This document shows, in pieces, positions 51,753 to 62,186 of a stretch of DNA of 64,000 bases. Both the position numbers and the translations under genes were made by a program. Position 1 is the first letter of the stretch. Each line of letters opens with the position of its first letter. The stretch is from Porphyridium purpureum (lineage: Eukaryota): positions 62,001 to 126,000 of the forward strand of contig VRMN01000011.1 of assembly GCA_008690995.1 (NCBI GenBank), read 5' to 3'. The notes beneath the pieces were generated by a model. It saw only the letters and a list, made by a program, of their open reading frames with translations, was not told where the DNA came from and made no database searches.

Positions 51753-52614
51753 CCCCTTCTCTCCCCCACGCTCCCCTCTCTTCCTCGCACGCGCTCACCC
51801 TCTTTCCACCCACTCTACACGTCCCCCTCTTCTCCCTCTCTTCTCCCCGTCTTCTCCCTCTCTCTCTCTCTCTCCCTCGCTTCCTCTCTCTCTCTACGCT
51901 CCGCCTTTCCCCTCTTCACCCTTTCTTCCTCTTCTAGCCCCGCTCCGTCCATCTTATTCGCGCGACGCTATTTCTCAACTTTCCCGACTTTCCCAAGACC
52001 CCCAGCGTTCCCAGCAGCAGCGCTCGCGCCTCTTCCTTGTCAGACAGCCCGTTTCTCTTCATTTTTTTCCTTCTTTCAAACACCACTGACTACTACTGTA
52101 CCCGACGCGCGCCTCTTTCCCCACCCCGGCCCGCGCCTGTTTACCGCGTGTTCCACTGCCCCAACATCCCCATCGCACGTTGAGCCACACGCATATCAAA
52201 CCCGGTCCACTTTACTACACGTCTTGCACGTCGGCGCGCGCGTGCGTGTGTGTGTTTGTGTGTGCAACTAGCCGACAAACAACACACCGGACGCACTTGG
52301 CCGCGCTGCGGTCCACTGCAAGTCATGTGGCTGTGAGACAAGGCCTACACGTTTTACATACGTTTTACGCACGCTTTTGATACGAACGGGCTCGCTGCCT
52401 CGCTGGCACGGGGAGGTGTACACCCCCCCTGGTTGTTGCGTCGTCATCATTAAAGGGTGCACGGGGGTACGGTGTGTACAGCAGGCCGCCGCCGTACGGA
52501 TGACACGCGCCGGGAACCATTAGGGTAACTGCGAGGGAGGCGGGAAGGCGATGAAGAGCGGGTGGGGGAGGGGGGAAAGGGAGCATTCGGTGTGGCGTGG
52601 CGCGTAGAGACGAC

Positions 52615-55600
52615 ATGCAGGAAATAGCAGCGCCGCAGCTTACAGCAGGTAACGCTGGCGCCAGTCATGAGGATGGCGGTGGACGCGGTGGTGCGGCGGG
52701 CGGGCACGCAAAGCGGAACAGGCGAAAGGGCCGGGTGGAGAAGAAGGAACAGCGCACGAGTTGCGCGGGTGTGGCCGAGCAAAGCGTGAGCTCGACAAGT
52801 CTGCCGCGCACTGAGGAAGCGGCGGCATCGAAGCGAGAAGTGGCAAACACGCAGAACGGGAAAGGTCGCGCAAAGCAAAAACAAACAGACGCGCGTCCGA
52901 GGAAAAGGGGCTCCGGCAGAACGGGTGCTGGACACGCGTCTGTGCAGACCACGCAGTCCGCTGATTCGCCCGGCGCAGGTCCGCCACAAGAACAGGAGGA
53001 TATGTCTGAGCTGGCGGTGACACTTCGCTCGTTGGTGGAGACCAGAATGGCCAGAGAAGCCGACGCCATTTCCACGCCGGCGGACGTGCATGCGCAACCC
53101 TCGAACGGCCTAGACAAAGCGGCTGTGGCGCCGCGGATAGATGCTTCTGCGGCGCTGGCCGAACGGGCAACGCAGAAAAAGGCAGAAAACCGAAAGAAGA
53201 AAAAGGAGCGGGCCAAGGCCGCAGCCAAGTTGGATGCGGCAGGGTCCGGAGAGGCGCAGCGGCAGCTTGAGATTTCCCAGCAGCAAGGGGGCAAGTCCGA
53301 GCGAGCCTTGGTCTTGACTGACCAACTAGCGAGCGGCACGTATGACTGTCCAGTCTGCTGCGAACGTGTTCGCGGCAAGCATGAGGTGTGGTCCTGCGGT
53401 ACGTGCGGCTGCGTGGTGCATATTGCGTGCCTTCGCAAGTGGATCACGTCCGCGATGAACACACCCAACTGTCAAAGCGCAGACGATGTACCATCGTGGC
53501 GGTGCGTGGCATGCGCGCAGCCGCACTTTGAGACGCGACAGCAGATTGCGTATTACTGCTTCTGCGGCAAGGTGCGCAACCCCGAGCTTCGCCCTGGCGT
53601 TCTCGCCCACTCGTGCGGCGATGTATGCGGTCGGCCCCTTGGAGGAACCATGGTAGATGAGGCGCGCATCTCCGGCAGCGGCAGTAGTCTGGTTTGCCCA
53701 CACAGATGTGTCGAGCTGTGCCACCCTGGTCGTTGCGCACCGTGCACGAAAATGCTTCCGGTGATGCCATGTTACTGCGGCAAAAGCGTCGTGCAGCCGC
53801 GACGCTGCGCCGACCAAACTGCAGATCGCGAGGCCGGATTGCTAAGCTGCGGCGAAATCTGTGGGCGACAAGTGGCCCACTGTGGCCACATGTGCTTGCA
53901 ACCATGCCATCCAGGTGAGTGCAGCAGCTGCGCGGTGGCTACATCCATCACGTGTGATTGTGGGAAAAGCAGTATCGACGTACCATGCGAAATGAGCTCC
54001 ATGCCATTCATGTGCGGCAAGCACTGCGGCCGCCCGCTGTCGTGCGGAAACCACACGTGTCAGCTCATGTGTGGCCACAGGCGCGAAAGTGAGTCCGACT
54101 TTGGAGGTAGCTCGCTCGCCGAGGATTGTGGCGTCTGCCCGCGTGACCCGAGTTTCTCAACGCCATGTCCATGCGGCAAAAGTGTGCTGACGGTGGAGGA
54201 TCAGATGCGCGCGGGTCGCAAAACATGCATGGATCGTGTGCCCGGTTGTGGCCAAAAGTGTGGAGCGCCATTGAACTGCATCGGTGCTCACACATGCTCA
54301 CTGCCATGCGGACATGAAGGAGACTCACACGAAAAATGCGAAGAGGTGATGTCGCTTCCTTGTCGATGTGGCGCCAAACTCTTTTCAGATGTCGCGTGCG
54401 CGCGGCCGCCCGCTGAGCTCATGACTCTCCTTTTATGTGACACTCTTTGTGACAATGCGCTCGACTGCCGGCAGCACCGGTGCCGTGCGATGTGTTGCCC
54501 TCTGCGCAACACCGCGGGTACTGGCGGAAAGAGTGGGCTTTCGGTCGTAAACAGGAAGGGCAGATACAAGAACGCGCGTCTCGCATGGCTAGTGGATCGT
54601 GTCCGCCAGCTGAATTGGGAGACCCAATCCTCGTCGAGAGCAACAGCGCAAGTTTCACACACTTGTTCGCGTGTATGTGACAAGCTTTTGAATTGCGGCA
54701 AGCATCGCTGCGATCTAGTATGCGGTAGTCGAGAGCATGTGATGTCTGGCGGCGGAACCGGAGGCACTTGTCCGCCTTGCGGCATTCTGATCCATGATGA
54801 GCCCCTGATGTGTGCATGTGGCGCCGAAGTTGTGCGTGCGCCTTATCGCTGTGGCACTGCGCGTCCCGTGTGTGATCGCGACTGCGGCATTGAGCGGCCA
54901 GGGTGCGGCCACGTTGCGCGCGTTCCGTGCCACCTGCTTTCGTTCCCGGACGCCGCAGCAGAACGATGCATGGAAATTGTACCCAAGACTTGCGTAGGTG
55001 GACATGGCGACGTGCGGTACGTTCCGTGCTTCACGCAGCAGATCAGATGCGCCCGGCCGTGTGGTCGTGCGCTTTCGTGTGGTGTGCACGCGTGCACACT
55101 CTCGTGTCACGCCCCCGATGAAGGCTGTATGTCTAGCGGTGAGACGTGCAGCTCGCAGTGCTTGCTGCCTCGCTTGAACGGAAGTTGCAGGCACCCATGC
55201 CTCGAGCAGTGCCATGGTGCGAACACTCCTTGCCCGGACGTCATTTGTAAGTATCCTGTCGACGTGTGCTGCCCTTGCAAGCGCCGCCGCGCGAAAATGC
55301 AATGCTTGGTAGGTGGCGGAAACGATGGCGGCAGCGACTTTAACGCGACGAGCTTGAAGAGCACTACCGACTCCAAGCACGTCTTTCAAGAGGCCGGTAC
55401 GCGGTATCTTGTTCGCCTGGCGTGCGACGAAGAATGCGAGCGGATAGAACGAAACAATGAATTTGCCGAGGCTCTTGGCGTGGACCCGACACTTCGAGAC
55501 CATTCTAGTGGTGGAACAGGAGCAGGGTCGGCGGCACCGCTCACGTTCAGTTCATTTTTGATGGAAAGCGCTAGTCGCGATCTAGCCTTCATTCGCCAAG

Positions 55601-56226
55601 TCGAAATCGTCTTCGCTTCTCTCGTACGGTCCGAAATGAATCAAGGGCGTGCGCAGGAGACTTTCGAAGGGCTACCCAGTATCCAGCGCGTTTTATTGCA
55701 CGAGCTCGCGACTCACTATGGCCTGGCGACATCTTCAGTTGGCCCACAGTGTGCACGCGTTCTACGCGTGTTCGTACCAAAACCAAAGGACAGCAGCGCT
55801 TTGCACATTCCGGACCCCACGCTCTCCGAGTTGTATTTGCAAAAGCGCACACGCGACAAGCAGTTGCGGACGTCACGCTCGCATCGAATGCTCACGCTTA
55901 CGCTACGTGTGAGCGCTGCGACAGGCGCTCAATGTGCAGGAGACATGAATGATACGCTGGCAAAGACTGTGGCGGAATGCCGGACCCTGCTCAAAGCACA
56001 CACAGGTGCATATACCATCTACTCGAGCATGGCGGTAGAAGGCGATGCTTCGCGGGTCCAAGTAATCATTGAGTTTTCCACGCCGGAGCGTAGACAGGCC
56101 GCCCAGATGTCCCTAGCCGCGCGATCTGGTGTGCATGTCGCCCCGCTCGTAGAGTCGGACGTATTTGAGTTAGACACAGCGAGCAGGGCGACGGCAACGT
56201 TGTCCAAGTCAGCGTGGGATGAATGA
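52615..56226 (+). CDS. NF-X1-type zinc-finger protein with RING and R3H domains (NFX1/FAP1-like)
   Basis: CPVC...VWSC..C..VVHIAC..KW, repeated C...L.CG.H.C...CH.G.C, R3H-like RVLLHELATHYGL. ATG at 52615. Confidence 0.92.
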   Translation: MQEIAAPQLTAGNAGASHEDGGGRGGAAGGHAKRNRRKGRVEKKEQRTSCAGVAEQSVSSTSLPRTEEAAASKREVANTQNGKGRAKQKQTDARPRKRGSGRTGAGHASVQTTQSADSPGAGPPQEQEDMSELAVTLRSLVETRMAREADAISTPADVHAQPSNGLDKAAVAPRIDASAALAERATQKKAENRKKKKERAKAAAKLDAAGSGEAQRQLEISQQQGGKSERALVLTDQLASGTYDCPVCCERVRGKHEVWSCGTCGCVVHIACLRKWITSAMNTPNCQSADDVPSWRCVACAQPHFETRQQIAYYCFCGKVRNPELRPGVLAHSCGDVCGRPLGGTMVDEARISGSGSSLVCPHRCVELCHPGRCAPCTKMLPVMPCYCGKSVVQPRRCADQTADREAGLLSCGEICGRQVAHCGHMCLQPCHPGECSSCAVATSITCDCGKSSIDVPCEMSSMPFMCGKHCGRPLSCGNHTCQLMCGHRRESESDFGGSSLAEDCGVCPRDPSFSTPCPCGKSVLTVEDQMRAGRKTCMDRVPGCGQKCGAPLNCIGAHTCSLPCGHEGDSHEKCEEVMSLPCRCGAKLFSDVACARPPAELMTLLLCDTLCDNALDCRQHRCRAMCCPLRNTAGTGGKSGLSVVNRKGRYKNARLAWLVDRVRQLNWETQSSSRATAQVSHTCSRVCDKLLNCGKHRCDLVCGSREHVMSGGGTGGTCPPCGILIHDEPLMCACGAEVVRAPYRCGTARPVCDRDCGIERPGCGHVARVPCHLLSFPDAAAERCMEIVPKTCVGGHGDVRYVPCFTQQIRCARPCGRALSCGVHACTLSCHAPDEGCMSSGETCSSQCLLPRLNGSCRHPCLEQCHGANTPCPDVICKYPVDVCCPCKRRRAKMQCLVGGGNDGGSDFNATSLKSTTDSKHVFQEAGTRYLVRLACDEECERIERNNEFAEALGVDPTLRDHSSGGTGAGSAAPLTFSSFLMESASRDLAFIRQVEIVFASLVRSEMNQGRAQETFEGLPSIQRVLLHELATHYGLATSSVGPQCARVLRVFVPKPKDSSALHIPDPTLSELYLQKRTRDKQLRTSRSHRMLTLTLRVSAATGAQCAGDMNDTLAKTVAECRTLLKAHTGAYTIYSSMAVEGDASRVQVIIEFSTPERRQAAQMSLAARSGVHVAPLVESDVFELDTASRATATLSKSAWDE

Positions 56227-56323
56227 TTCGAGCCGAATCTTTCAAGGATTGGGTGACTACTAAATGAGCAACTCGTTTGCCAAGTTCGTACGCATATCAA
56301 GTTCGCAGACCCCTTCACTCGTC

Positions 56324-58306
56324 TCAATCTAGCAGACGTTTCTGAACCAAAGCGCGCAAGAGCTGGCTGCGGTCGGCGTGGTCTTGTGTGCGTACTTGCG
56401 ATGCCGTGTCATTCTCCCACGTGGCATCTTCCACATCATATCCCATCACTTCATCATACCCGTCATCTGGCTCCTGTGCCCCAGCGGCGGCAAGCTCTAG
56501 ACTTCTTGAATCCAAAGCGCACTGGAACTCTCGCAACGCAAAGAGCGGCAGCGTGCGGGTTGGGTCCAGCAGCGAAATGGCCTCGCGCTTCAAAACAGTA
56601 TTTACGTTGGCCAGCGCGGCACCAATCTGGCGGGAAATAGCACCATGCTGCTCGATCCACGCCGCCGCGTCAAACGGCACGTAACGCATGGCGTCCCGGC
56701 GCTTAATGCCAGCCTGCATGCGCTTGAAATGATACGCTTGCTGGGCTGTTATCAGCGATACGGCGACGCCATCGCGACCCGCACGCGCTGAGCGGCCTAC
56801 ACGATGCGTGTACGTGCGCGCATGGCCAGGCGCGTCATAATTAACGACAACATCAAGATGCGTGATATCCATCCCTCGTGACATGGCATCACTGCAAATG
56901 ACCACGACGTCACGGAGCTTTCGTTTCGTCGCGTCACATTCCATGCTGTTTAAAACGGAAAGCACCAGATTTCTTCTTTCCGCGCTCAGCTCGGAAGAGA
57001 ATTCGAGCACACGTACGTTCGCGCCCGCTTCACTTTCGAGGGGCAGCGTCAGCTCTAGAAGCCGTGTAAGTCGGTGCGCTACCTCACGCGACTTGACAAA
57101 AACCACTTTGCGACCATGCATCGTTCCAAATCCCATTTCAAAAATTCTCTTGCTCTGGCTATCTCGTACGGGTATGAGCCCGAGGGCCACGTACAATGCG
57201 TGTAGCTTTTCTGCTTTCGAGGCGCATACGAGGACATTTTCAGTGAGCGTCACCGGAATGTGGTACTTGGCGACCGTGCTCTGTGCACCTGTGTCAGTTC
57301 CGTCATCCACATGTGATGAGATGCGAGCTCCTTCTGAGGGAGTTGCTGGTTCTGCACATTTCGCTTGCTCCGTGGATGCGGTGGCATCATCTGCGGTGAG
57401 AAAGAAGCGTGTCACACAATGCAGTTCCAGCTTTGCAAACTTCTTAGGATTGGAGGTCTGCGTCGCGGATGCCAACACTTTACGCAGCGGCCGGAATCTG
57501 CGAAACGACGCCCAGAGTACCTCGTCGCGAGGCGCGTCCTCTTCAACGCGCATCTTTAGGTTGCGCACCAGAGTGTCGGCCCAGTCAAAGTAGCTCTGGT
57601 TGAGCAAGCGGTCCGATTCGTCCACCACAATGTACTCAAGATCGAGCAGCGAAAAGCCTGCGGTGCGTTGGAGGTGATGCACGAGACGACCAGGTGTGGC
57701 CACAATAATTTCTGTCGCGCTCTGGAAGACACCGGGCAGGCATGGATGCGCCTCGACAAGAGCCTTGGCCTCCTGGCTGAAGGACGACTGCCCTGTCATG
57801 GCAACTACGCGAACGCCCGTTTTGTGTGCCAAGGCGGACAGCACGCCCACGACTTGCAGCGCTAGATCGCGAGTTGGCACAAGTACAAGTGCACGCAGCG
57901 TTCGGCACTCGCGTGTAGAGCAGCGTAGACTGTTTGCCTGGGTGACCACGCAGTTCATAAGCGGGAGTGCGTAAGCCAGGGTCTTGCCGCTCCCCGTTGG
58001 AGCGCACAATACCACGTCACCGCTCTGTTGCATGGCGTCTAGCCGGAGCAGGTGGGCCACGACGCGCTGCTGCATTTTGAACAAGGCCGTGACGCCGCAC
58101 TTGCGCCGTAAATTTAGTTCCACGCGCGCGTCCAAGTGATGTATCTTGGCATTGTCGCGCGTCGCGCCGGCTGTCGCGTCGGTGTCAGGATGGATCAGTA
58201 CATCATATTCGCCGAGCTCGTCCAACTTGAGCCGCGTCTTGAGGCCGCCCTTGCGCGTGCGCTTGCGCGAACTGCGGCGCTCCTGGCCGTCACTGTCCGA
58301 ATCCAT
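56324..58306 (-). CDS. DDX51: DEAD-box RNA helicase, DDX51/Dbp6-like
   Basis: APTGSGKTLAYALP, PTRDLALQV, ATPGRLV, DESDRLL..., SAT, SDAMSRGMD, HRVGRSARAG. Confidence 0.85.
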   Translation of the reverse strand: MDSDSDGQERRSSRKRTRKGGLKTRLKLDELGEYDVLIHPDTDATAGATRDNAKIHHLDARVELNLRRKCGVTALFKMQQRVVAHLLRLDAMQQSGDVVLCAPTGSGKTLAYALPLMNCVVTQANSLRCSTRECRTLRALVLVPTRDLALQVVGVLSALAHKTGVRVVAMTGQSSFSQEAKALVEAHPCLPGVFQSATEIIVATPGRLVHHLQRTAGFSLLDLEYIVVDESDRLLNQSYFDWADTLVRNLKMRVEEDAPRDEVLWASFRRFRPLRKVLASATQTSNPKKFAKLELHCVTRFFLTADDATASTEQAKCAEPATPSEGARISSHVDDGTDTGAQSTVAKYHIPVTLTENVLVCASKAEKLHALYVALGLIPVRDSQSKRIFEMGFGTMHGRKVVFVKSREVAHRLTRLLELTLPLESEAGANVRVLEFSSELSAERRNLVLSVLNSMECDATKRKLRDVVVICSDAMSRGMDITHLDVVVNYDAPGHARTYTHRVGRSARAGRDGVAVSLITAQQAYHFKRMQAGIKRRDAMRYVPFDAAAWIEQHGAISRQIGAALANVNTVLKREAISLLDPTRTLPLFALREFQCALDSRSLELAAAGAQEPDDGYDEVMGYDVEDATWENDTASQVRTQDHADRSQLLRALVQKRLLD

Positions 58307-58447
58307 GACCAGTCATACCCGATGACCTTTTCACACACCAGTGCGTCTTGAGAAATTGTTAGTCGTGCACCTTGGCATTTTTTTAATTTTTATTTACTGG
58401 CGCGGCCGAGCGGGCACTCACGCTCAGACATCGGTTTTTTTACAATC

Positions 58448-61390
58448 CTAAACAACTTCGGCCTCCACGGGTGCGTCGCTTTCACCTTCTGAAGTCACAG
58501 ATCCAGTTACGTCTGATGCCATACGACGTGACTGTATGGAGAGGCGCTCGAACTGCACGGTAACGAAGATCGCGTCGCCTTCCAGCAGCTCGCCCGCCAG
58601 AATCTTCTTGGCAATGGGTGTTTCCAGCTCGCGCTGTACGGCGCGCTTGATGGGGCGAGCGCCGTAGCTCGGGTCGTACCCGACGTCGCAGATGAAGTCC
58701 AGCGCGGCGTCGTCGCACTCGATGACCATTTTCTTATCCGCCAGTCGCTTCGACACTGACTCGACCTGCAATCGCACAATCTCACGCAGCTGCGTGCGCT
58801 CGAGCGCATGGAAGATAATGAATTCGTCCAGTCGGTTGAGGAACTCGGGCCGGAACTTGGCGCGCATTGCGTCCATTACACGCATCTTCATGAGCTCGTA
58901 CTGACTGGGGTCCTTGCTCTGTTCCAAAATCAGCTCTGAACCAATGTTGGACGTCAGGATGATAATGGTGTTCGTGAAATCAACCGTGCGGCCCTGCGAA
59001 TCTGTGATGCGACCATCGTCCAGAATCTGCAAAAGCATGTTGAAAACGTCCGGGTGCGCCTTCTCAATCTCGTCAAACAGCACTACTGAGTACGGCCGGC
59101 GACGCACTGCCTCTGTGAGCTGGCCACCTTCCTCGTACCCAACGTATCCTGGCGGACTACCGACCAGGCGCGACACGTTGAATTTTTCCATGTACTCAGA
59201 CATGTCCAGTCGCACAAGCGCGGATTCTGAATCAAACAGCAGCTCAGTGAGCGCCTTGGAGAGCTCAGTCTTGCCGACACCAGTCGGACCGAGGAAGGCA
59301 AACGACGCAATTGGACGGTCTGGGTTAGCAAGTCCGGCGCGCGAGCGCTGCACAGCCTCGGCCACCGCCATGATCGCCTCATTCTGTCCCTTGACACGCT
59401 TTGCAAGCTCCTCATCCAGGTGCAGTAACTTGTCACGCTCTGTCGCGAGCAGCTTATTCACAGGGATGCGCGTCCATGACGACACTGTTTTGGCAATATC
59501 GTCTTCGGTCACCTCGTCTCTGAGCAAAAACTCACCGTTTTCAGACGCCCCATCCAGTGCTTCTTCCTTCGCTGCGAGTTCGCTCTGCAATTTTGTCAAC
59601 ACCGAATACTTGAGCTCAGCTGCCCTATTCAAATCGTACTGATTCTCTGCACGCTCAATCTCGATGCGTGTCTCTTCTATCCGCTCGCGGATTTCCTTAA
59701 TGTCATCCAGCTGTGAGCGTTCCTTACTCCACTGCATTTCGAGCTTGACCTGCTCGGCCTTCAGGGACTCGAGCTCGGCGTCGAGCGATTCTCGGCGCTC
59801 ATTGGCCACACGCCCGCCCTCGTTCTTGAGACTCAGCCTCTCCATTTCGAGCCGGAGGATGCGGCGGTCAATGGCATCCAGCTCGGAAGGCTTAGACGTA
59901 ATTTCCATCTTCAACTTGGCCATGCTTTCGTCGACCAAGTCAATTGCCTTGTCCGGCAAAAATCGCTCTGTAATGTAGCGGTCGCTCAGCATCGCCGCAG
60001 ATACGAGCGCGGAATCTGTGATACGCACACCGTGGTGCAGTTCGTAGCGCTCCTTCAGGCCGCGCAGGATTGAAATCGTATCAAGAGTGGACGGCTGGTC
60101 CACTTGCACCTGCTGAAAGCGGCGCTCCAGCGCGGCGTCCTTCTCCATGTACTTGCGGTACTCGTCCAGCGTCGTCGCACCAATGCAGTGCAGCTCACCA
60201 CGGGCAAGCATGGGCTTGAGCAAGTTGCTCGCGTCCATGGCGCCATCTGTCTTTCCAGCGCCTACGACCGTGTGTATTTCGTCGATGAACAGCACAATCT
60301 GGCCGTCCGATTCCTTAACTTCTTTGAGTACTGCTTTGAGTCGCTCCTCAAATTCACCACGGTATTTGGCGCCCGCAATGAGTGCACCCATGTCCAGTGA
60401 AATCAGCGTGCGGTCCTTCAGTGACGACGGGACGTCTCCGCTCACAATGCGTTGTGCCAGACCCTCGGCAATGGCGGTCTTGCCTACGCCAGGCTCACCA
60501 AGAAGGATGGGATTGTTCTTTGTCCGACGCGATAGGATCTGTATCGTCCTGCGAATCTCCGCGTCGCGCCCTATGACCGGGTCAAGTTTTCCCTCGCGCG
60601 CTTCCTTGGTGAGGTCACGGCCGTACTTTTCCAGCGATTCGTACGACGCCTCTGGGTTTTGCGAGGTTACCTTGTTCTTTCCACGCACGGCCAAGACGCC
60701 ATTCTTGAGCTGCTCTTCACTCAGGCGCACCTTGTCGAGCAGACCGCGTCGCAGGCGGCCATCGCGCCAACAAGCAAGAAGCAAATGCTCAATGGACACA
60801 AACTGGTCCTCAAAGTCGCGCTGAATGCGTCGGGCACCCTCGAGAGCTTCTCGCAGCGAGCGGCCCATCACCTGTCCGGAAGATGCGTTGCTCACCTGCG
60901 GCTGGCGCTTGACGAATTCCTCCGCGACACCACGTACGCGCGCAGTGGACTCGGAACTCTGAGCGAGTGCCACTGCCTTCTGCACGAAGCGTTGTGCTAG
61001 GTCATCTTCTAACAGCGACAACAGCAGCACTTCGGACTCGATGACTTGCTGCTTGTGCTTCTGGGCCAAAGCGGATAGCCGCCCCAAAGCCTCCCACGCC
61101 TTCTCAGTATACAGCTCTGCCTTCAAGAGGTCCGCCGCGTCGCCACTGCCACTTGTGCCAACCATGCGAAGCGCACGCGTGTTCCTACGACCGCTTGCTC
61201 GCCGCGCCTGCGGCGCCACTAGCCCAAACGCTCGACCAGGCCTGGCAACGCCGACTGCAGCTGGTACCGGCCGACACCTGCTCGTCGACACACTGCTGCT
61301 CGGCACAGCATGACAGCCCGTTGCCCGGGTGCCCAGCGCTCCCGGCACCGACCCAACAAACATCATTTTTTCTTCAGCCCCCATGCTCAT
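58448..61390 (-). CDS. clpB: ClpB/Hsp100 disaggregase, plastid-targeted
   Basis: Two AAA+ modules ([16 protein letters not shown]), M-domain, [15 protein letters not shown]-terminal MMFVG... transit peptide. Confidence 0.96.
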   Translation of the reverse strand: MSMGAEEKMMFVGSVPGALGTRATGCHAVPSSSVSTSRCRPVPAAVGVARPGRAFGLVAPQARRASGRRNTRALRMVGTSGSGDAADLLKAELYTEKAWEALGRLSALAQKHKQQVIESEVLLLSLLEDDLAQRFVQKAVALAQSSESTARVRGVAEEFVKRQPQVSNASSGQVMGRSLREALEGARRIQRDFEDQFVSIEHLLLACWRDGRLRRGLLDKVRLSEEQLKNGVLAVRGKNKVTSQNPEASYESLEKYGRDLTKEAREGKLDPVIGRDAEIRRTIQILSRRTKNNPILLGEPGVGKTAIAEGLAQRIVSGDVPSSLKDRTLISLDMGALIAGAKYRGEFEERLKAVLKEVKESDGQIVLFIDEIHTVVGAGKTDGAMDASNLLKPMLARGELHCIGATTLDEYRKYMEKDAALERRFQQVQVDQPSTLDTISILRGLKERYELHHGVRITDSALVSAAMLSDRYITERFLPDKAIDLVDESMAKLKMEITSKPSELDAIDRRILRLEMERLSLKNEGGRVANERRESLDAELESLKAEQVKLEMQWSKERSQLDDIKEIRERIEETRIEIERAENQYDLNRAAELKYSVLTKLQSELAAKEEALDGASENGEFLLRDEVTEDDIAKTVSSWTRIPVNKLLATERDKLLHLDEELAKRVKGQNEAIMAVAEAVQRSRAGLANPDRPIASFAFLGPTGVGKTELSKALTELLFDSESALVRLDMSEYMEKFNVSRLVGSPPGYVGYEEGGQLTEAVRRRPYSVVLFDEIEKAHPDVFNMLLQILDDGRITDSQGRTVDFTNTIIILTSNIGSELILEQSKDPSQYELMKMRVMDAMRAKFRPEFLNRLDEFIIFHALERTQLREIVRLQVESVSKRLADKKMVIECDDAALDFICDVGYDPSYGARPIKRAVQRELETPIAKKILAGELLEGDAIFVTVQFERLSIQSRRMASDVTGSVTSEGESDAPVEAEVV

Positions 61391-61777
61391 GCTCTCCCCC
61401 GCTCTTCGTCCAGATGTCGTCTCCGCCGTCCGCACGCGTTTATCCTTTCTTCCCTCGACACCACCGACCTGCTCGGCCCGCTCGTCGCGTTGCTCTTATG
61501 CTCCTTATTTCCACGCATTCATGCGCAATCCTTGCTGCGCCGCACCGTCTGCTCCTCGCGCGTACCCGCTGTTGCCTGCACCTTCCAGTCCACTCTGGAC
61601 TCTTCGCGTCTGTTCGTGCGCCGCAAGTGCACTGCAACTCATGCCCACTGACCCCTCCGTCCCTCCGCCACGCCACCTCCCTCCACTTCACTCGATGCCC
61701 AACCACTTCACTGCCTTCCCGCCTCGCTGGACGCAACAACGCCAGTAGTCGCAACCACGCTTCAACCGCACGCGCCT

Positions 61778-61792
61778 AGAAATTTCCAGAAC
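61778..61792. promoter_or_regulatory. Perfect heat-shock element nGAAn-nTTCn-nGAAn
   Basis: aGAAa tTTCc aGAAc, midway between the divergent ClpB and Hsp70 ATGs. Confidence 0.8.
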
Positions 61793-62186
61793 GCACAGCG
61801 ATGCGCACTGTACACTCCCACAGAACACTACCCCGCGTCCATGCCAGCGCCGCGCGCGACGCTCATATCAAACTCGGCGCGGTTTGGAAGGCGGCGCGCG
61901 TGCGAACTGTGAGCGGTTCTGGTTCCACCGACGGCGACAACTGTACTTTCACGCGGCGTCCTAGTAAAAGCGAGTTGTTTTGGTAAGGAATGATCCTTTC
62001 TGGGGGTTTGTGGTGATTGGCGGTGGGAGAAGGCGTGCACGCACGGGGCGAGAAAGAGAGAAGAGGAGGGAGAGGAACAAATACAGGTTTAGTGGTTGAG
62101 TGCGAGCGTGAGGGTTTAGGGGGGGAAGGGAGTGAGGACGGTGAGAGCGCACGGGAAGGGGGAAGGTCGGGGGAGGGAAGGGAAAG

